Shown: piece after piece, positions 26,330 through 37,190 of the stretch | Position numbering within the stretch: the stretch's first letter is position 1 | Layout of the letters: every line of letters starts with the position of its first letter | DNA from: Macrostomum lignano | Taxonomy: Eukaryota | Direction of reading: 5' to 3' | Length of the DNA stretch: 64,000 nucleotides | NCBI GenBank assembly: GCA_002269645.1 | Contig: NIVC01003902.1 | Span: 6,560 to 70,559 of the forward strand | Made by a program: the position numbers and the translations under genes | Notes under the pieces: model-generated | The model's database searches: none | What the model was told of the DNA's origin: nothing | Seen by the model: only the letters and a program-made list of their open reading frames with translations

Positions 26330-28833
26330 GATTTTAGGCTTTGGCAGTTGCAGTGGCGAATGCTAATTTCTTTGCTTGCTGTGCTGATGAGTATACTGAT
26401 GTCGAGTCCGCGGAAAATGGTTTGAGTAGAATAAAACCAGAGGCTTTAAGCGGGAGGGGCGAGAGAGGGGCGGGAGAGGGGCGGGAGAGGGGCGGCAGAG
26501 GGAGGGAGAGGTGGTTGGCTCAAGCTCAAGAGCTCACCCTGAGCGCTGCAGCAAGGTTTCTCTTTCTCTCCTGTTGGCCTTTGTTATACTGGTAGCAACG
26601 GCAACGCAGGTAGAAATTGCGGGGGGTGAATTGAGAAGCAAAAGAAAACTCAGAACGAAAGGGTGGAACTAGCAGGGGGGTAAGAGATCGTACTCTGGGT
26701 TTGTTCGAGGAAAGGCAAGGTAAAAGGCTAGAAAGGAAAGGCAAGGAAACTGCGATGATGGTCTTTACTTTGAGTAGCTGAGGGCGGCTCTCCTGCGTGC
26801 GAGAGGTTGGCGACTGGCCTTGGAGCAGAGGGAGAGGCAGAGATATGACGAGCAGACAAAATAGAAGCATGCGGGCTCTGTGCAAGTCTCCTAGCCGAGG
26901 AGGGGTGAGACCTTGGTTTCACAGGATTTGCTGTGGCAACGGTGTGCTCAGCCAGAGAGCTGCAAGCACTGGGAGATGGGGTTGAGCTGCAGGGCGAGGG
27001 AAGGTAGGAATGATCGTACGCTGGGATTCCAGGCGAGGACCGGGGGGGGTCGAGATTTGAGGACGGTTATGCCTTCCTCCATTTATGACAGAGTAAGTGG
27101 AGCTGTATGGATGATGATGCATAGGAAGAGCCTGAATAAGTACAGAACTCTATTCTTAAATTTCCAGCAGCTATGCTTTTTTGCAGGATATAAAGAAAAA
27201 AGTCTCACAATTTCTGCTACCAGTTGTCCAAATTTGGTACACCTTGTACTTTTGATGATGCAGAATTTGAATTGCCTGTAGTTGCTAATCAAAGTTCAAA
27301 CCAGCATACCAAATCTACCTAAATACCTAAAGGTAGATTTGTGAAAACATACTATTTTAGATTCTAAGTTTACAAGAGTGGACAATTGCGACAGCCAAAA
27401 GCATTCTCACAGTCCTCGTGTTGCTAGCCTATAGAAGGGAGCTGGCTGCGGAGCTCCAACTAAAAAAGTTGCACTTTTGCTTGAGTATCAGAGTCTATCA
27501 GGCTGGCAATACAATGGTTATAGCTGATTAAGAGGTAGAATAGAGTGAGGTACGCGTGTATAGAGAGCAACTGCCAGCCAAAGAGTGACTACAAATAACA
27601 GACACAAGCTTTCAAAGACTCTTCAGACGAAGACCCGCTTATTTAATTTAAGGCTACGTCCAATGTTGTACGAGCCTAGCATCTCCAACTGCCATGCAAT
27701 AATGAATGCTAGTATAAAGATATTCCCTCGAAATTATACATATCTTTCCAGCTAGTGGTGCAACGTTGGGCGAGTCATGATCTCATTCAAGCTGTTTAGC
27801 TCAGTGGGTGGGGTATGAAGTTCTGTCCGTTGATTTGAGCACAGCAAGTCACACTAGTGTGTACACTGCCCTGCCATCCGCTCAGCCCTTCACATAGCGG
27901 ACAATGCCTGCTCAATATGTAGCTCTGAGTAGCGGAAAACCTCCGCAATAAAAACCTATAGCTAGCTGCAGCCGCCTGCCGGTTGCCATGGTTGCAGAAG
28001 CTGTTAAAACCTGGGAGGCTTCTCTACACCCCTGCCCCCTCCGTGTGAGCTGCGCTATGGAGCAAGCCTTTCATAGAGAATGCTTCAGAGTCTTGCTTTT
28101 TGCTGCGGCTATAATATTCTCTCTCTACCTGTGTCTCTCACCAGCTCACGCAGAGAATCGTTGAGTCCTGGCTTAGTTGAGTGATTTGAATGCCTTCAAC
28201 CAGACCAGACCTTCAGATGTGCGCAGTGTACTGTATACTTACACTTCACCACTAATCTAATCAGAACTAATTTATGACTGGAGATTGAAGTCCTTAATTC
28301 TGCATAAATATATGATTTTCTATCCATGAAGCCATTCATGTTTCAGTGTGGGGGCGGCTCGTGTGCAGGGTCTACGATATTTGCCATTATTATACCTAAT
28401 CTAGACTATGACAGATTGCCTATTCAAAATGATTTATTTGCTTGATTTTTTTCTTATTGATCGGTTGGAAAACTTCTCAGATCGGCTATACGAGTCAGTC
28501 TCGAGCATGAAAAGCATAAAATTTCCGTTTTTAATCTGCAGCAACCTGATCTGCTGGGAGAGGGCAAATTGGCCTGCGTATTCTGCTTGTGCAATTCATG
28601 GTTTCAATGTGCATGCGATGGTTACTATGCATGACGTTCACTGCCTTAAGTAATTAGTTGATGTGAAATTCAGGTCTACGTGAGAGCGCACCGATATCAA
28701 ATCTCGCATAAGCTGTTATTTATGATTTGGAAACATTTTTCGTCTTACTTCATAATCTTCTCTTAAAAATCGGTGACACTTACTCTCAGTAGCATACTTG
28801 GTACTAGTAGGAAGTGAGTTTTTTATGAGTTAA

Positions 28834-31187
28834 CAGTAGAAAGACCATGGGGTGTATTTCAAATACACACATTTTTCCTTTGTTTGTATCTCCAAAAATA
28901 TTCTACCAATTGCCATGAAAATCCAGAACAAGGGCTAAAATTTTCCACTCTATTCGATGAAGCAACATTGAGAATCACAAAAAAATCGACATCGTCGAGA
29001 TATTCAACGATTCTCCTCGGGGTGTCTGGTGGCAAAAACCACCAACATTGGCAAACATTTTCTGCTCACAAAATCTCATCATGAAACCACGTCGGCTCAA
29101 CAAACTATGCACATCAGTCGCAGGGACTTTTGCTCTCAGCATCCCAGGCCCTAGGGTCCCCTTCATCTCCGTCTGGAGCATCGGCGGCGACCATCGGGAC
29201 CTTCAACAAAAGCACCTGATCGGCATCTCAGAGACGGCTGCGTTCCCAACTGAAGTGGAAGAATCCTCTTCTGCATGCAGCATCCAGTCAGTAGACATAA
29301 TCGGTGAATGAAATGTACGATGGCGACCCTCTAGGCTGACCTGTAGACATACAGGCGACCTTCGGGACCTTCAACAGAGTGCCACCACGCGGCCCCGACG
29401 AGCTGACACCGCCAACATCGTGATTTTTCTATCAAGGCACCAAACAAGGCATGTCTGCATATGATACAATGGTCCTGCACCATGTTAAATTGGAGAGTTA
29501 CATATTTAACTGGCGACTGAAAAATATAACATATTTAATTTATCAAAAATGATATTACAGTATTTCAAAAGTGATATTACAGCAAATTCAGAGCAGAAGG
29601 ATCTGAACAGGCAGTAGGACACACACGTGAGCTCCTCAAAAAACCGGAACTCGCTCGTGTGTGAAGCCATGTTTTGAGTTGAATTCTTGAGATCTGCTGG
29701 CAGGCCACGACGAGTGCGAATCACTATTCCAAAAAAACTTGAATCCCATTTCTCGGTACAAGTGATTGGCCAGCGCAGGACTCGAGAAGAATCTGTCACA
29801 TGTGATGCTGTACCAGTGTCCTCTGAATGGATCAGCCAAGCGGGAAACAACTTGCCTACCACTCCACACCTCTGAGCCCTTGGCCAGCCGAGCATCGGAT
29901 TCCTGTGATGCAAAAGTAGTGGACAGCAGTGTCCTTTGCCAGTGCAGATTTCCGCATCGAACACATAGCGGAGGTCCATGTCATCCTGAATCTCTGGATT
30001 CCCAGCCGATGTCAGCAGGAACAGCTTGGCACCATTGCGACCGTTGGGGGTCCAATCCCGCAGCCCGCGGCAGTTTTCGAGAACTGCACAGCGGTGTTGA
30101 ACTTTCTTGGGAAGGCGGGCGCCATCTGACGCCCGGTGCCATGGGCCCTGGCCTGAGCGCGCCCGAATGGAAGAAGACCGGGCTTCTCCTTCAGAAAGAC
30201 CGTGAAGTCACAGTTCACACCCCAAGAAGACAACCAGAGTTTCTTCGACGCAGAGGTACGGCCCGGAAAGGACAGGATGGCGCAGCTGACTGACAAAGGT
30301 GTCCCACAGGCGTCGGATGCCGTAGAGCTTGTCCGTTGCGGCAGCCCGCTGACGATGTTTGGCAGTTTCGAATTTAACATGGTGCAAAAGCATTGTATAA
30401 TACGCAGACATGCCTTGTTTGGTGCCTTGATAGAAAAATCACGATGTTGGCGGTGTCAGCTCGTCAGGGCCGCGTGGTGGCACTCCGTTGAAGGTCCCGA
30501 AGGTCGTCCAGACAGAGCTGAATACTGAACATGGTGCAGGACCATTTTATAATATGCAGACGTGCCTGGTTTGGTGCCTTGATAGAAAAAGCACGATGTT
30601 GGCGGTGTCAGCTCATCGGGGCCGCGTGGTGGCACTCTGTTGAAGGTCCCGAAGGTCGCCTGTATGTCTACAGGTCAGCCTAGAGGGTCTCCATCGTCCA
30701 TTTCATTCACCGATTGTGTCTACTGACTGAATGCTGCATGCAGAAGAGGATTCTTCCACTTCAGTTTTGGGAGATGCCGATCGGGTGCTTTTGTTGAAGG
30801 TCCCGATGGTCGCCGCCGTTGCTCCAGACGGAGATGAAGGGGACCCTGGTGCCTGGGATGCTGAGAACAAAGGCCTTTACGACAGATGGACCCAAATTAT
30901 TGAGCCAATATGGATTCACCATAAAGGTTTATACAGTGTAGTGTTGGTTGTCCTTGCCACCAGTGTCTTCGACAAAAATAGTTGAATATCTCGACGATGC
31001 TGACGTTGGATGACTTTGAAAGTTAATTCGTCAGAAAGGGCGGTAAATTTTGATCCATATGGTGGAATTTTACGAAAATCGGTAATTCGGTTTGCGACCT
31101 ATCGTGAAATGGGTTGAGTGTATTTGTACGAGTAATACACCCCTGTGGTCTTTCCCCATGGGGAAAAATAGCGTGGTCTTTCTACTG
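28834..31187 (-). mobile_element. Non-autonomous piggyBac-like element with fold-back (two inverted 5' ends) structure
   Basis: TTAA at 28830-28833 and 31188-31191. 14-bp perfect TIR CAGTAGAAAGACCA. Arms about 28834-29490 and 30371-31187 are inverted homologues. Central frameshifted transposase fragments: DKLYGIRRLWDTF, LCVEETLVVFLG, YVFDAEICTGK, ITCDRFFSSPALA. Confidence 0.88.
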
Positions 31188-31278
31188 TTAATCTAATCAG
31201 ATTATATATTGTATAGATTCCAGAAGTAAAAACCATGCTAACGAGAACAACAAAATTTAAGGCCGTTATTACTAGTAG

Positions 31279-31527
31279 TGTTGTGTATTGCAAAGGCATG
31301 CGATGCGTAGGGGTAGTTCGGGGACAGCGTTTCTAGAAACTTCCACCGCGGACTTGTTTACGCATAGTTCCAGAAGTTTCCTTCCCCGGTCTTTCTAGAA
31401 CTTTCCTTCCCCGCGTGCATAAATATACGAGCCGCCCTCCTATTGGCCAAGCCCCTCTTTTGGTGCCACTGAGCGCCCGGATAATTATCTATCTTGTTTC
31501 TGCGTTCGTTAATTCAACAACAGAACA
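31279..31527 (+). repeat. 5' LTR (249 bp)
   Basis: Identical to 35560-35808; contains CATAAATA (TATA-like) and ATTGG (reverse CCAAT). Confidence 0.95.
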
Positions 31528-31539
31528 TTGGCGACGAGG

Positions 31540-34500
31540 ATGGCGGCTAGCATCCCCGCACCCACGCCCTTCCTGGCGAACTGCGGATCACCGACAGTAC
31601 CATGGAGCCGATGGATTGAGGCCTTTGAATTTTATTACGAGGCGGCCCAATTCAAGGAGCCCGAAGGGAAGGAAGAGGCGAAACCGCTGAAGAAGAGCCT
31701 TCTGCTCCATCTGCTTGGATTCGAAGGTCAGCGGGTTGCTCGAGCACGCCAAGCAATCAAGGAGAACGACACGTTCGCAGCAACTAAGGCGGAGCTCGAG
31801 AAGATCTTCGGCGAGAAGCCCAACGTGATGGTAGCCAGATATCGCTTCCGCCAGCGCCAGCAGCTACCCGGCGAGGACGTCAAGACCTTCGTGGCAGCCC
31901 TGAGGGAGCTGACGGAGCTGTGCAACTACGGCGCAATACAGGACGATCTCATCAGAGACCAGCTGGCTGAGAAGACCAGTAACCCCAGAATCCGAGAGAG
32001 GCTGCTGACGGAGAAGGTGGAGGACCTCAACCTGGCGAAAGCACTCAGCATCGCGGTCTCCATCGAGGAAGCCTCCAAAGAAGCCAAGGCGATGGCGCCA
32101 TCAACCTCGAGCACGGCAGCCGTCCAATCGATCCGACAGCCGAGGGGCCAGAAGGTCGCTGCAAAGGGGAGGCACCGCCCAGCACCAGCTGGCAGGACGG
32201 CCAAACCCGGCGGCGCCTGCACGCGCTGTGGGCGAGACCACGGACCGACGACCCCCTGTCCGGCCAAGGGCAAGACATGCGAGGCCTGTGGCAAGAAGAA
32301 CCACTTCCGGAGTTGCTGTCGCAGCCAGCAGGCTGCTGTCAATGCCGCGGACGAGGTGATCACAGTCTACGCAGTGCCGGGTGGCGACAGGGAGGTCCGG
32401 GCGACGCTGGAACTCGGACCGGACAGGACCGCTGTCAGCCTGATGGTGGACTGCGGCGCAAGGGTGTCGCTGCTGTCCAGACAGACCGCCGATCGGATCT
32501 CAGGTGCAGTCACCTCTCCCACTACGACGAAGCTGCGTGCCTACGGCGGACTGCCGATCCAGCTAAGTGGTGTCACCGAGCTGGAGGTGCGCTACGGCGA
32601 CAAGGCGATGCAGCACCGGTTCTTCGTTGCGCCAGGCGGCGACAACATCGTCGGTAGAGACCTGATGGAGAAGCTGGGCTTCCGAGTCGACCTTAGCGGG
32701 CAGCCGCCCGGAATCGCGGAGGTCAGCGACTTGACGGCGGACTTGCAGGCGCGGTACCCAACGACCTTCAGCGGTGCGATAGGATGCTGCGCCGGCGCTG
32801 TACACCAGCCCAAGGTCGACCCAGCAGTGCGACCCGTCCAGCAGCCACTCCGCCGCCTGCCCCTCATGCGACAGGAGCAGGTCGGTGCCGAACTCGACAA
32901 GATGGAGAAGGACGGCATCATCGAGCGAGTCAACGCTAGCGAGTGGGTCTCCAATCTAGTGGTGACGGCGAAGAAGGATGGCAGCATCCGAATCTGCGTC
33001 GACGTTCGCGAGCCGAACAAGGCACTGATCGTCGACAAGCACCCGATGCCACAGCTGGACGAGATTGCCTCGAAGATCAAGAAAGGCCGTGGCCGAGTGT
33101 TCAGCAAGATTGATCTGAAGTCGGGCTACATGCAGATGCAGCTGCATGAATCGAGCCGCAATCTGACAGCCTTCATCACGCACAAGGGGCTCTTCCGCTA
33201 TCGTCGAGTTCCCTTCGGCCTGGCATCGGCACCAGCTGCTTTCCAGCGCATGCTCGACGATCAGGCCGCCGACCTCGACGGAGTGGAGCACATCCTGGAT
33301 GACTTCATCGTGTACGGGCGCAGCGAGGAGGAGCATGATCGACGACTGGAGAAGTTGCTCCAGCGCCTCGAGGACAAGGGCATGACGGTGAACAAGCAGA
33401 AGTGCGCCTTCAAGCAGAAAGAGGTCGAATTCTTCGGATTCGTGATCTCGGAGGCCGGCATCCGGCCAACGGAGTCAGCCACAGCGGCCATCAGGGACAT
33501 CCGGCAGCCCGGAGATCAGAAGGCGTTGAAGTCATTCCTAGGCGCCGCTAACTTCTTGATGCGCTTCGTGCCGCACTACGCCGACATCACAGAGCCGCTT
33601 CGAAGGCTCCTGAAGGCCGACTCCAACTTCGACTGGACGCCGGAGTGCCAACGGGCGTTCGAAGCAGTGAAGGACGCCATCAGCAAGGCACCGACGCTCG
33701 CCCACTTCGACCCGAAGGCCGACACTATTGTCACCACGGATGCCAGCGCCAAGGCCATCGGAGCCCAGCTGTCGCAGATCCAGGACGGCGTCGAGCGACC
33801 GGTCGCCTTCGCCGCCCGAGCGCTGACGACGACGGAACAGCGCTACGCCGCGAACGAGCGCGAGGCACTGGCTAGCCTCTGGGCGATGGAGAAGTGGCAT
33901 TTCTACCTCTACGGTCGCCACTTCGAGCTGCGCACAGATCATCAGGCGCTGCAGCAGCTACTTCTCGGACCGACCGGCACGGGACACCGGCCACTGCGGA
34001 TCCATAGGTGGTGCGACCGGCTGCTGCAGTACGACTTCCATGTGCGCTACCTGCCAGGAAACAGCAACTACGTGGCCGATCTGCTGTCCCGGTGGAGCAG
34101 CGGATCGGAGCTGAACCTGATCCACCTGCCCGACACTCCAGGCCCGAGAGTCAAGGCGGTCACACTGGAAGCACTTACCGCAGGGACCTCGGCTGACGAG
34201 ACACTGGGGACAGCCATCAGGAGCGTCATCAGCGGCCGGTGGCCAGCTGACATCGACGACGTTGAGCTGCGGGCTCTCTGGAAGGTGCGCGAACAGCTCA
34301 GCGTCTGGAACAACGGCAAATGCCTCGCCTTCCAGGAGAGAGCAGTCATCCCGGAGTCTCTCCGCGGCCATCTTCTCGAGCAGGCTCACGAAGGGCACCA
34401 GGGCATCGTGCGCACCAAGCAGGCGCTCCGCGACTCAGTCTGGTGGCCCGCCATGGACAAGGCGGTCGAGACCTTCGTGCGACACTGCGTAGCGTGCGAG

Positions 34501-35511
34501 ACAGCCGAGAAGAACTTTAAGGTCAGTCCGGCCCCGCTCAAGACCATACGCTGGCCAGATTCACCATGGGCAGAGATCGCCGTGGACATCGTCGGAGAAC
34601 TGCAGGCGGCGCCGGCCTCTAGCAGGTACCTCATCGTCGTGACGGACCTGCACAGCAAGTGGCCGGAGGTCATCCCGACGGCCAGCATCACCACGGAGAC
34701 CATCTGCCGTGCGATGCGCAGCCTGTTCGCAAGGTGGGGGCTGTGCGAGAAGGTGCTGACGGACAACGGCCCGCAGTTTGGCAGCGAGTTCTCGGACTTC
34801 TTGGCCGAGCAGGGCATCCGGCACGTCAAGACCAGCCTCTACCATCCGCAGACCAACGGCCAGACGGAGCGTCTCAATCGGTCGCTGCTCGCCAGCATCA
34901 GAGCGGCCATGGCGGAGAACAGGCCGTTTCAAGACGCCGTGACCAACTTCTTGTCTGCCTACCGGAGCTCCAAGCACAGCCTGACGGGCAAGTCACCGGC
35001 CGAGCTCATGCTGGGTCGGAAGTGGCGCACCGCGATCACCATGCTGTCTCCCGGAGGGGGAATGACAACGACCGAGGCGACGCCTCAGGCACTGCGGCAG
35101 CAAATCGAGGCGCGGCAGCAGCGGATCAAGGCCTACACCGATGCCAGACGAAGGGCCCGCCCCGAGACGTTCCACCCCGGCGATTGGGTGAGAATCCGAC
35201 GGCCCACCAAGAAGGGCAAGCTGGGTACCCGCCTCTCACGGCCACTACAAGTGCTCCGTCAGGCGGGACACCACGCGGTCGAGCTCAGCGACGGCACCAG
35301 ATGGAACCAGCAGCGGCTGATCCGAACGCCGCACCCGGCGCAGCCGAGAGAGCGGTTCGACCCACTGGTGGACTCGGCGCCAACGACCGGAGCCGGCACG
35401 GCGGCACCGGCGGCACCGGCGGCGGAGCCTCCGGCAAGAACAGCAGCGCCCCGCCGATCTGAGCGAGCCAGGCACCCGCCGATACGCTTCATGAACTGCC
35501 GCTGGGACTGA
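31540..35511 (+). CDS. Single Gag-Pol polyprotein, 1323 aa (Gag with 2 CCHC knuckles, protease, RT, RNase H, integrase)
   Basis: Uninterrupted ORF. CTRCGRDHGPTTPC and CEACGKKNHFRSCC; protease LMVDCGA; RT IRICVD...KIDLKSGY...PFGL...ILDD; RNase H TDAS...TDH; integrase HEGH...CVAC, VDIVG, TDNGPQF, ERLNR. Confidence 0.96.
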   Translation: MAASIPAPTPFLANCGSPTVPWSRWIEAFEFYYEAAQFKEPEGKEEAKPLKKSLLLHLLGFEGQRVARARQAIKENDTFAATKAELEKIFGEKPNVMVARYRFRQRQQLPGEDVKTFVAALRELTELCNYGAIQDDLIRDQLAEKTSNPRIRERLLTEKVEDLNLAKALSIAVSIEEASKEAKAMAPSTSSTAAVQSIRQPRGQKVAAKGRHRPAPAGRTAKPGGACTRCGRDHGPTTPCPAKGKTCEACGKKNHFRSCCRSQQAAVNAADEVITVYAVPGGDREVRATLELGPDRTAVSLMVDCGARVSLLSRQTADRISGAVTSPTTTKLRAYGGLPIQLSGVTELEVRYGDKAMQHRFFVAPGGDNIVGRDLMEKLGFRVDLSGQPPGIAEVSDLTADLQARYPTTFSGAIGCCAGAVHQPKVDPAVRPVQQPLRRLPLMRQEQVGAELDKMEKDGIIERVNASEWVSNLVVTAKKDGSIRICVDVREPNKALIVDKHPMPQLDEIASKIKKGRGRVFSKIDLKSGYMQMQLHESSRNLTAFITHKGLFRYRRVPFGLASAPAAFQRMLDDQAADLDGVEHILDDFIVYGRSEEEHDRRLEKLLQRLEDKGMTVNKQKCAFKQKEVEFFGFVISEAGIRPTESATAAIRDIRQPGDQKALKSFLGAANFLMRFVPHYADITEPLRRLLKADSNFDWTPECQRAFEAVKDAISKAPTLAHFDPKADTIVTTDASAKAIGAQLSQIQDGVERPVAFAARALTTTEQRYAANEREALASLWAMEKWHFYLYGRHFELRTDHQALQQLLLGPTGTGHRPLRIHRWCDRLLQYDFHVRYLPGNSNYVADLLSRWSSGSELNLIHLPDTPGPRVKAVTLEALTAGTSADETLGTAIRSVISGRWPADIDDVELRALWKVREQLSVWNNGKCLAFQERAVIPESLRGHLLEQAHEGHQGIVRTKQALRDSVWWPAMDKAVETFVRHCVACETAEKNFKVSPAPLKTIRWPDSPWAEIAVDIVGELQAAPASSRYLIVVTDLHSKWPEVIPTASITTETICRAMRSLFARWGLCEKVLTDNGPQFGSEFSDFLAEQGIRHVKTSLYHPQTNGQTERLNRSLLASIRAAMAENRPFQDAVTNFLSAYRSSKHSLTGKSPAELMLGRKWRTAITMLSPGGGMTTTEATPQALRQQIEARQQRIKAYTDARRRARPETFHPGDWVRIRRPTKKGKLGTRLSRPLQVLRQAGHHAVELSDGTRWNQQRLIRTPHPAQPRERFDPLVDSAPTTGAGTAAPAAPAAEPPARTAAPRRSERARHPPIRFMNCRWD

Positions 35512-35559
35512 TTAAAGTGAAGCTTGGGGACTGTTGGACTCCTTGAAGGAGGGGAAGAA

Positions 35560-35808
35560 TGTTGTGTATTGCAAAGGCATGCGATGCGTAGGGGTAGTTC
35601 GGGGACAGCGTTTCTAGAAACTTCCACCGCGGACTTGTTTACGCATAGTTCCAGAAGTTTCCTTCCCCGGTCTTTCTAGAACTTTCCTTCCCCGCGTGCA
35701 TAAATATACGAGCCGCCCTCCTATTGGCCAAGCCCCTCTTTTGGTGCCACTGAGCGCCCGGATAATTATCTATCTTGTTTCTGCGTTCGTTAATTCAACA
35801 ACAGAACA
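35560..35808 (+). repeat. 3' LTR (249 bp)
   Basis: Identical to the 5' LTR; preceded by the PPT and followed by the TSD. Confidence 0.95.
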
Positions 35809-37190
35809 AGTAGCTCCGTGGGTCCAGGATTGCTCAAATCAATTTTAAAATTGGTCTGAACCAACCTGCACATTGATTTGAGCAATCTTGGACACGCGGA
35901 GGTTACTAGACTATCGACAACCAGGGGTCACGGCACGAGAGCCAGACACTTTTACCTCTGAGCTGCTCTGCAAATGGGGAACAGTGCCTGCGTCGCTAAA
36001 ATGACTGCCTGCGGCTTCAAAATGATCGATGACAACACCGATTCGGAAATAATGTGATGTACACGTAGGGATTTAATAATGTACATGTAGGTGTAGAATT
36101 CTCGGCTTTGCCCTCCCCCCCACCAAAAAATCCATGGCCCTGCCATCAATAAATTAATGCTTGGACCGTGGAGAATGAAAATTGAAAGTCGAGCGTCCAC
36201 TCCAGGTGGTATTTTAGAGTTCCATGATTTCAGTTAATCGGTACTTCTCTGAAAGTAAATCGACTGCGAAACGGTGACACCATATGCCATTTGTGTCCCA
36301 TCAAATAACAATGCAATATATTTCTAGGATTGCAAAGCAAGCAAGGTGTTCTGTAAAAATGTTGCTTTAAAAAGCATTAGGCGAATGCGATATAATCAAT
36401 TGTAGATAAATATGCCCTAAAACTCGCGCAAGGAATATACGTACTTCTATTAAAATGAATCAAGTTTGTATTTAGTATAACGCCTTTACTATTTGATTTA
36501 CTGCGAGTAAAACAAAACGAGAAAAAATCCATTTAAAGCAGACAAAGCGAACATTCGTAGTTCTGAGTTTATATGTACAGTAAAACGGTTCTAGTCTGCC
36601 TGCACAGCATAATAATAAATATACACGAAACAGAAGCGTTGTCAGTGTGCCAGTAAATAAAGTTATTCATATGATACATGTAGCTCTGGGCTAATTCAAT
36701 CATCTATACATTAAGTCGGTGGGAAAACGCGAACGAGGCAAGCGATTCAAACTACTAAGTGGATGTCAGGGCAGGTTAACACGAGTTTAAACCTGCTTAA
36801 AGAGAACAGATGATCTGCTATCAATATTGTGGATAAAGGTACATCATACATGGTTGCAAAGCCTATATTTAATTACAGTGTGCTGGAACACTGCTAGGAA
36901 GGTCACCCAACCAGAACTCCAAGATCGTCATGATAATCCCCAAGTGACCTTTTTTACAACGTGGATAACAAACAATGACAAATAATTGGGTTTAGGAAAA
37001 AGCTGGTGGGACAGAGGAACCTGGCTACACAAAATAGCAGCAGTTTTGCCTTCATTATTACACCTTGCTAACAATGCCGCGTCAAACAGCAACTCGACAA
37101 ACTAGATAGAGCATTGGTCCTGCTTCGGTCAATGTGTCAAATACTTTCGATTCGTAGTGGATCGCCGCATTCAAGTCTGGGGTAAAACTT

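Larger units (their letters stand above)
31279..35808 (+). mobile_element. Full-length Ty3/Gypsy LTR retrotransposon (Mag-like)
   Basis: LTRs 31279-31527 and 35560-35808 (TG...CA, identical by eye). TSD AGTAG at 31274-31278 and 35809-35813. PBS TGGCGACGAGGATGG at 31529-31543. PPT GAAGGAGGGGAAGAA at 35545-35559. Confidence 0.97.

Noticed and set aside
31728-35627. Many antisense and alternate-frame ORFs over the Gypsy gag-pol and over GC-rich host exons
   Set aside because: Shadow ORFs expected from high GC3; no independent motifs.
35922-36142. Possible hAT MITE (CAGGGGTCACGG ... CCATGGCCCTG)
   Set aside because: The TIR match is weak and the 8-bp flanks (TCGACAAC vs CCATCAAT) do not match.
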